Shown one piece after another: positions 29,235 to 36,732 of a stretch of 36,732 bases of DNA. Every line of letters begins with the position of its first letter. Within the stretch, counting starts at the first letter, position 1. Origin of the DNA: Catajapyx aquilonaris (Eukaryota); NCBI GenBank assembly GCA_000934665.2, contig JYFJ02003897.1:1-36732 (forward strand). Direction: 5' to 3'. The notes beneath the pieces are model-generated. The model did not search any database and was not told where the DNA came from. It was given only the letters and a program-made list of their open reading frames with translations. The translations under genes were made by a program, and so were the position numbers.

Positions 29235-32200
29235 TTTTTCTGATGGTCCCCGAACCCATATAGGCCTACCTACACTATATGCGAGCCAGTCTCACTGTAT
29301 AGTGTGCCAGCCGTGCTGCCATCTGGGCCATACACCCAAGACATAATGTGAGACTGGGTTTTTGCAGAGCTTTGGAAGCTGTTCAGGTGTGCAGGTGTGA
29401 GGAAGAGATGGCCCAATCACATGCGATCATAGGTGCACTCGTGCTGCTGCTGTATGGAGGTGAGGTCAAAGGTCGAATTGTTTGGGGACACTACCAACTA
29501 TTTTGTTGGGAGGGGAATTTTAAAAGCTATCCTCTTGCGTTGTTTGTCCTTGGCGGCATGCATGTCAGAAGCTATTTTCGTTTTCTTCTATTGTCACCGG
29601 TTGTGATTGTTGGGTGTCTTTTCTTATGTGAGAAGTTTTAGTGAGGTGTATAAAAGTGGTACGAGTTGTTCGTACATATCTCCTTCCAAGGAGAACCGAA
29701 AAGTGCATAATTTGTAGGGCACGGGCAGTGTAGGTTACATGCAACATCTGTGAACTTGCATTTTTTATTGTGACTCCAACATGATTATTCAGTGATGCAA
29801 CAATACCGTTTTGTCATATAACGCGTCATTTAGTCAGTCCAGATATGCTATTTGCTAACGATGCCGGCATTCTGCTACATTATTTTAAGAGGATTGGATG
29901 AGGCTGCGTGCCAATACAGAGGGAATGTTTCAAATTGACAAACTAATATGACAGGGAACGGATCCAGTCCTAAGTTATTGTTCTCACGATGAGTACGGTT
30001 CTGATCAAGTAAAGCAATGAAATCTTATCTGGATACAGCAAAAACTGCCAATCTTCGCTTATACCCGAAATGATGGAAGATTAAATCTTCCAGTGCGTGA
30101 CAAAAATACAGAGAAAATTTTTCTCTGTATTTTCGTCGCTTCTAACAGAAACCTGGTGAGATCGGGAACAATTTCAAATTAGAGCTATTCAGACAGGGTT
30201 AATAGTTATTTACACTCAGTGAAATTTGAACGTTTCTAATATGATTTCCACTTGGAAGTCAACAGTCGGTAATTATTTCCCGCCTTGGAACTGCACTCTC
30301 TTTGTGCGGCTTATCGGTGTTTGCACATAATGCCCCTTAGTGATCCCGGAGGCCTTGGATTCCCATTTAATAATTGCGGTTAATAACGTACGGTGGCCAG
30401 CAAAGTATTATTTTTGTCTAGTACACAACTCTGATTAGCTGGAGAAAAACCACAAAATGTTCAATGAACGTCCATTAAATGTTCTAAATGTCCAGTGTTC
30501 AAGGGTATGTTTATTATCAGTTGATACTGGAGTTTCATCAGTGCCCTCGTCAGCTTCCGACTTAACGAAATACAATTTTTTACCTCAAAGTGTCCACCAA
30601 CACCAGAAGTCCGCCTTCACAACAATTACACCGTTGTTTATGCATCCACGTAACCCCTGTTTCATAACACCCTGTCTCCACATGAAATATGAAGAATGAC
30701 AACGCACTAGGCTCCTGATGAAGCTAATAAGAAACAATAAGCGTGTATGTGCATCCTCCATTCTTGACAGCTCCTAAAATAGCCCCCCTCCATTTTGGCC
30801 CCCACTATTTAGCCATTAATCGGTCAAGGGTTTCATCGGGTCGTCATTTTCACACCCTGGCACTCCACACAGAGGGACGCTGACAAGGAAGGCTCCTTGT
30901 CTACCTGCCACTCATAGTCCGCCCCTGGCTGCCCCCCCTTTCCTTCCTCTGCCCCTCCCCAGCCAGTCCCCTCCTTCTTCACACACACACACCAACCATC
31001 CAGTTCCCCAAGACGTGATTAAACACCGCTGCAAAGTGGCCCCCAAGGAACTACAACTTTTTTTTTTCCTCTTTCTTTTTTCCTTCGGCTTCCTCTTTCA
31101 TCTATCTACCGATACAAAGCCAAACCACACCCGAACTAGAATAAATGGGTGTAGCGGAGGGATAATTACATCTGTTAAGAGGGCTTTTTTTTTAAATGGG
31201 TACATATAGGAAGGGTGACAGTTGTTGAGGGGAAAGGAATTCAGAGGCACGATCGGTTCCTCTCACGCATTTGCTGTGTCTGATACGTGCGTACTCGCAC
31301 AATCAAGAGAGCGCGTGTGGGCGCACAAGCTTGTTCTTTGGGGCATTAATTGTATCTTAAAATGAAGATGTGAAGGCGGAACTGATTATTCCAACTTGCC
31401 TTGTACGATGCATTGAGAGCGGTTGGAAAAAATCGTGGGAGAAAGTGGTGTAGTTGTGCACTTTATAATATTTAGAATTAAAATTACACAGAAAATGTGA
31501 ACTCTATTTTTAAACGTACGACCCGGAAAGCAGGAAACAGGAAACAAATACACATGCATTCAAATCTCCCACTTTCACCTGAGCTCGTGTGACCTTGAAC
31601 CCCCCCCCCAATTCGCCTGCGGCGGGTCTCCTCCCCACCCTTTTCAGTTTATACCCCCCCGATTGCCCCCCCGCGAACTGGAATCCTGGCTACGTCACTG
31701 GTTTTTTGTACTACCAGCAGATGTCAATAATAAAGCCAAACACACAATCATTAATCATCACTTTAAAGAGGATGTTCAATACATATCCACGTCATCGTTA
31801 AAGTCTTTAAAAAATGGCATCAGAAGCAATTAGGAAATGGGACGTCACGTTCACCCGGAGATTGATGTATTCAATTTCCCCCCAAAAAATCACTTCAACT
31901 TCATGACTCCAGGGCATTGTCACGGACCTCCTGCCTCTATTTTAGACACGAGATGAATTATTTCCCCGCCTTGGCGCCGTCGCGTTAGACGCACACACGC
32001 ATGAGTTGCATCACCACCGAATTTATTCTACCCCGAGGTGAAATAGTGAAGCTGGGCAGGATTTCCTGATGTCACTACACCCTAATAATTAGCATTTCGG
32101 AAGAAAAGTGCGTTTGAGGGAGACGGACATACCCTGCCGAGGTGCGGGTGGCCTAACCCTTCAGGAGCTGATGGCTTCGTATAAGTGTGTGTGTGAGTGA

Positions 32201-33457
32201 CACCCTGATGGTTACGCCCCTTGAAGGGGGCCAAGGGCGGCGTCACATTAGCCGGTTTTAAGTCTGGCTCCAATCCAATCCCAAAAAACCTAGTCTCATT
32301 GTCTCTTCACTATGAGAACCGACTCCTGTTTTCCATTTTTTTAAACCCTTCATTTTTATGAAGGGGGGCGTCAGCCGAGGCCGTCTTGTACAAGGTGTTT
32401 GGTAGTTCTTGCACTGATGGCTTCTCCGTAGAAATTTTTAAAATCAAATTACTGTATATTATTTCAATGGCCAGTCACACTTTTGGTTCAAATTCCGTCA
32501 GCAAAATCTACGTCTATGTCTGTTCTTAGCTTGTCTCCAGTTTTCCATTTGTAATTTTAAATTTATTATGTTTTGGTTGGCATAGGAGGTGGCCACAAGT
32601 TTGATTAATTTGGCAAAGACATCCCAGGACTTATGTGTTCAGTAGCGCTAATTCTAGTATCATGTGGGAAGCTGTTTTTGTATCTGTGTAACACAGGGTG
32701 CCGGGAAGACACAAATAATGGTCGGGTAATAGCATCGCCCTGCGCTTCTGGCACACCCGGTAAATGCTGTGGAATTTTTCCAAAATTACGCCTTTTAAAC
32801 AGTAATGCCCCGTTATTTTGGGCTAACTTGGCATTTATGCTGATGCGATTGTATTGGCCTGTCAACGACGCCGTGTTCCTGAAAAATTGTCTTATTGGAG
32901 CGTGACAGGGACATACACAAAAAAGCACTTAGAATCGTCCTTTTTTTCTCTCCTTTCTGAAAGAGTCCGCCTCCAGTCTTAACCTACCCTCAGGCACGAC
33001 CCATGTGCACGACTGTTTTAATTCGCAAAGCCCAATAAGGATGATGCCTGGAAGATGTCCCGAGGACATCCACGTGACAAGTGGATAGGAATCGTGTCGC
33101 CTGCAAGGTGCATATGTAATTGAAATCGGCTTGTTGTTGTCGTAATATCAGTTAGACAGCTGGTCGTATAACTGAAGGCCGAAGAAGATTTTTTTATTGC
33201 ACTTTCCTTGCTGGTCCAGTCTGGTCACTTGGCTGGGTGGTCAAGCGACCTGCCTTCGAGATATCCATGATATCATGTAATGGACGGCTTTTTTTCTCCC
33301 CGTTGCTACACTATATTGGTGGCAGAATCAACGTCATGTATCAAAGCACCTAGGGACACGACATGACGCAGTGTGTGAATTTCACTGCTGTTTGTCATTT
33401 TGCACTGTATTAGCAATATATTTATCTAACATGTGTTTTTTTTGTCAATATATTACT

Positions 33458-33562
33458 AAGGCCACTCAGGTTACGTAACTCTGTTAGGAGGTTGAGGGCG
33501 AGTGTTACATTTAGAAGAGGCAAAAGCTGTCAGAGTATTTGGGATATTTATGGGCCACCCCT
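33458..33562. mobile_element. Possible decayed PIF/Harbinger-like mini-MITE
   Basis: TAAGGCCACTCAGGTTACGTAAC... and ...ATTTATGGGCCACCCCTA resemble the GGGGCCATCCATAAATTACGT-type ends of insect Harbinger MITEs, but are highly degenerate. Confidence 0.3.
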
Positions 33563-36500
33563 ACCACAGTTAATTGGTCTTCATTACTAGTAGGCCCTAG
33601 TGGTTAACTGCCCTACTCCCCTGTTCCAGGAAAGAAGTAATGGCTTATTCATCCCAGAAATCAGCTGAAAAAGAAAAAGAAAAGCCCGCTGAAAGCAACA
33701 GTCAGAGGCACATTCACTGGTTTTCATTATTGAACCTTTAAACTGGCCAAATGATCAATTGATATCAATGGAATGACATTGTAGATGATCCTTTACTTTT
33801 CTGTCTCAAAATGAGACTTGGTTAATGCACGACCCTGTGTATCAATAACAAGAGAGCTTGTCCCACTCCCCACGATTTCCATCTGTTCAGGAAATAGATC
33901 ATGGTTGACATTTGATTACTTACGTGTTTCCTGCCGCCATCCAATTCCAAGAAACAAGTTTGAAACCACTTAATAAATTGGAATAGTAATGGGCTGTAAG
34001 AAATGCTCATATGTCCTATTCATTTGTACTGGTCATCGTTTCTCCGGCGCATTAATTTACGGCCTTTCGTGCTTGCTTTTTTATATGCGTTACACAAATT
34101 ACGTTCATTTGTTTTTACACTCGGTATGCTCATAAGTTATCTTTATATGACCTCAACAATGCGTATACGTGCAACGTTTGTTTAGCAGATACCTTGTGTG
34201 AATGCATGCCATGAATATTGATGCCAGTCTCATAATTAAGACCCGGTATCAATGCTAATCTTTACTTCTGTATTATATGGCCATTTGATAATTATCTGTG
34301 AGAGTTATTAAGGGAGCCAAATCGTTGTCATTAGTGTTATATTGCTGACTCAGCCCGCAGGATATGGGTGTACCTTATACCGCCGACAAGGCGCCTATAC
34401 ACTTGTATAAAAATAAACCTATGTGTGAGCAATCAGGTTGAAACTTATTCGCAAGTACTGCTTTTCTAATCATTTAACACTTCCATCACTCATCCACTCT
34501 TATTTGCCACTGGGCCTACTATTTAAAATTGAAATCGCAGAATACATGAATCATTATTAGCTTCAGGTTTTCAAAGCACTCGGAGCAATCTAGGTAAATG
34601 AAGAAAAGCCATTCCTCCTCCTTCACTTTGACGGCCACCCCCAAAGGTTGAACTTCCCCATGAGAAATCCTTCACCCCTACAAAGAAAGAGACTTCTTAG
34701 GACAGATTTACTTCGCTGCTTGCCAGAATTATCCGGCCCAACAAACCGCTGCGGGGAATTTGGCAACAAGTGGTGACAAGGGACAAGAGGGGGGCTCGAA
34801 ATAGTGCGATTCATGCCCTCGACATCAAGTCATACACTTGACTGGTCTCGTCTGGTTAGACCATGTGACCTAGCCCGTGAATGAATAACCCTTCTCTGAA
34901 CCATGCATGTATTTGAATTTAATAGTTCTCCCAGACGGAATTCTCACCCTCTCGTGAAGTTCCGGTCCAGTGAAGAAAGAAGACTCGAGAGATAAAATTA
35001 GACCCCGAATATATGTGCTGCGAGTGTGAATGGGTCAGGTACAGCGTAGCACCGATATATATTTCTGGCTTGGAATCAGCTACGCATACTTAGCTTGCAG
35101 TCTAAAGATTCTTAGCTTCTAATTGCAGAAGGTTAGCTCAAATTGGTGAGAAGAAATTCGCATTACTTGAACGAAATCTTGAAAATCTTTGAACTTTTTG
35201 TTACGGTGTATCTTTCCTCCGGCTCTTTCTGAACTACCTGACTGACGCTCTAGAAAACTTGTTTACACGATACGGGCCAGATGCCGCGTTTCCCTGCGAG
35301 AAATTCCACCTTGGCAGCAGATACACAACGCACGCACTCACTCACACATGTCCCACACGCGCTCATACATGCTTCTACCCACTCAGAATAGCCTTGGAGA
35401 ACACACTTCGTCACCGTCAATCTGCACCTCCTGGTCGCGGGTCATTTCGCGAAGGAATGCATGTCGGGTCGGATTTTGCCAAAGATCTGTAGGCACAACA
35501 ACGACACGATTCGTTACCTGTGCAATGCAACGATAAATAAGAGGCTGGAGGACGCACATTCTGGTATGAATACCTGATGGACATCTTTATTTGCGTGTAG
35601 AATTCTAGTGGTAAGAAGCGGAAAAGAGTTATTACTGCCACTGGAAGGTAGTATCTTGTTACAAGTCACGACGTACTGAAGGTTAAAAAAAAACAATATT
35701 ATTACTGGTAAAGGTCGCAGTATAAAGTCTACTATGGAGTCAGTTTGAAAAATATTGTCGGTTTGGTAATGATGATTTGCAGCTTGGTGCCGCCCTTACA
35801 TTGTCGGCATGCTGTGATCAGAAGGCTGCCGCAATTGAAGTTATTGATAAAACCTGCTGGTTCCGAGATTACGCACTGTGCATGGGAATCGGAAAAAAAC
35901 TGAATGTAACAATTGGCAAGAAAATTGTTATATATTATCGACTGATGTGAATAATTTTTAAAATGCATAAAATTAACTATACTGTATTAAATATATGCAA
36001 AAATTCATAAACTGATTAGGCCTAATACATCACGTAAAAGAGGCTAAGCAAAACCGTACGTTTATACAACCTTGCAATTTCGAATCGTATGGTAGGCATA
36101 AATCCTCTTGCCAGCAAACAATGACAATACAAGTGATGGGAAGTGGCATTTACACCACGTAATTATTGACTCCAGTGACAAAGTTATCGAAAAACCAAGT
36201 TGTATGCCGTGATCAGCGTGTCCTGCACTTGTCAGGCTCGATATCCACTATAGCAAACAGGTTGCCGTAAAAACCTGTTACCGGCGGTGTTTATAAGGTT
36301 GTCACCGAGCTTGTCACTGTAAACTAGTTTTATCATCTATTTTGCCACTCCAGTAGAAATGATCTATTGTGGACTGACACTACAATTGCCAAGTCATGTT
36401 AGCTGCTTACGGTTCACACATAATGGTCGATTTACCGATCAGTCAATCAATCATGTTGATTGATTGATTAGGATGTTACGGAGCAAGATGTTATGCTGAA

Positions 36501-36732
36501 CCAGAAGAGCTCAGTTTGGCCTAGGTCTTTTACAGGCACGCCCTTTCTTTTTAAGTTTACATCGTCGTATATTCGCATGTCTATCCTACTGCAGAGTTTA
36601 TTTTAAAACTGATCATTTCAGTGACTTCAACGCCGTACCACAACGTATCAGCTCCATGGTAAGAATTTTGGCACTTATTTCTTTTGATGTAACCTGCCAT
36701 CCGATATTGTCTGACCAGGATGAAGCATCGCC

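Noticed and set aside
30715..30740. CTGATGAAGCTAATAAGAAAC, resembling a Penelope-type minimal hammerhead
   Set aside because: The intervening bases cannot form stem II, and flanking stems are absent.
32605..32928. 107-aa and 90-aa overlapping ORFs
   Set aside because: No recognisable family and no convincing exon boundaries.
35131..35200. TAGCTCAAATTGGTGAGA, resembling a tRNA D-arm / A box
   Set aside because: No B box (GTTCRA) and no cloverleaf downstream.
36438..36470. AATCAATCA-TGT-TGATTGATT hairpin
   Set aside because: An inverted (ATCA)n microsatellite of low complexity.

Overview
This is eukaryotic, intron-containing animal DNA, probably from an arthropod or insect (inferred from gene content and transposon types). 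The first ~25 kb is a compact housekeeping cluster of five spliced genes. (1) The 5' part of RPGRIP1L/fantom (- strand) lies head-to-head with (2) a complete 14-exon PDPR (+, ~883 aa). (3) UBE2F, a NEDD8 E2 (-, 203 aa), converges on PDPR and lies head-to-head with (4) VPS25, an ESCRT-II subunit (+, 175 aa). (5) Guanylate kinase GUK1 (+) has an in-frame upstream exon that adds a 26-aa mitochondrial-presequence-like extension. Introns and spacers are packed with DNA-transposon relics: a deleted D34D mariner, a rosa/maT-like end, a piggyBac-type non-autonomous element, hAT-like and Tc1/pogo-like MITEs, and two long fold-back palindromes. The last ~11 kb has no coding sequence I can support, only small hairpins, microsatellites and repeat fragments. 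I found no evidence of a new multi-gene system. The best leads are the dual-start GUK1, the long fold-backs, a pre-miRNA-like intronic hairpin and a mariner inserted 12 nt from a splice donor. All exon structures were derived by hand from GT/AG sites and frame continuity; protein identities come from recalled family sequences, not database searches.
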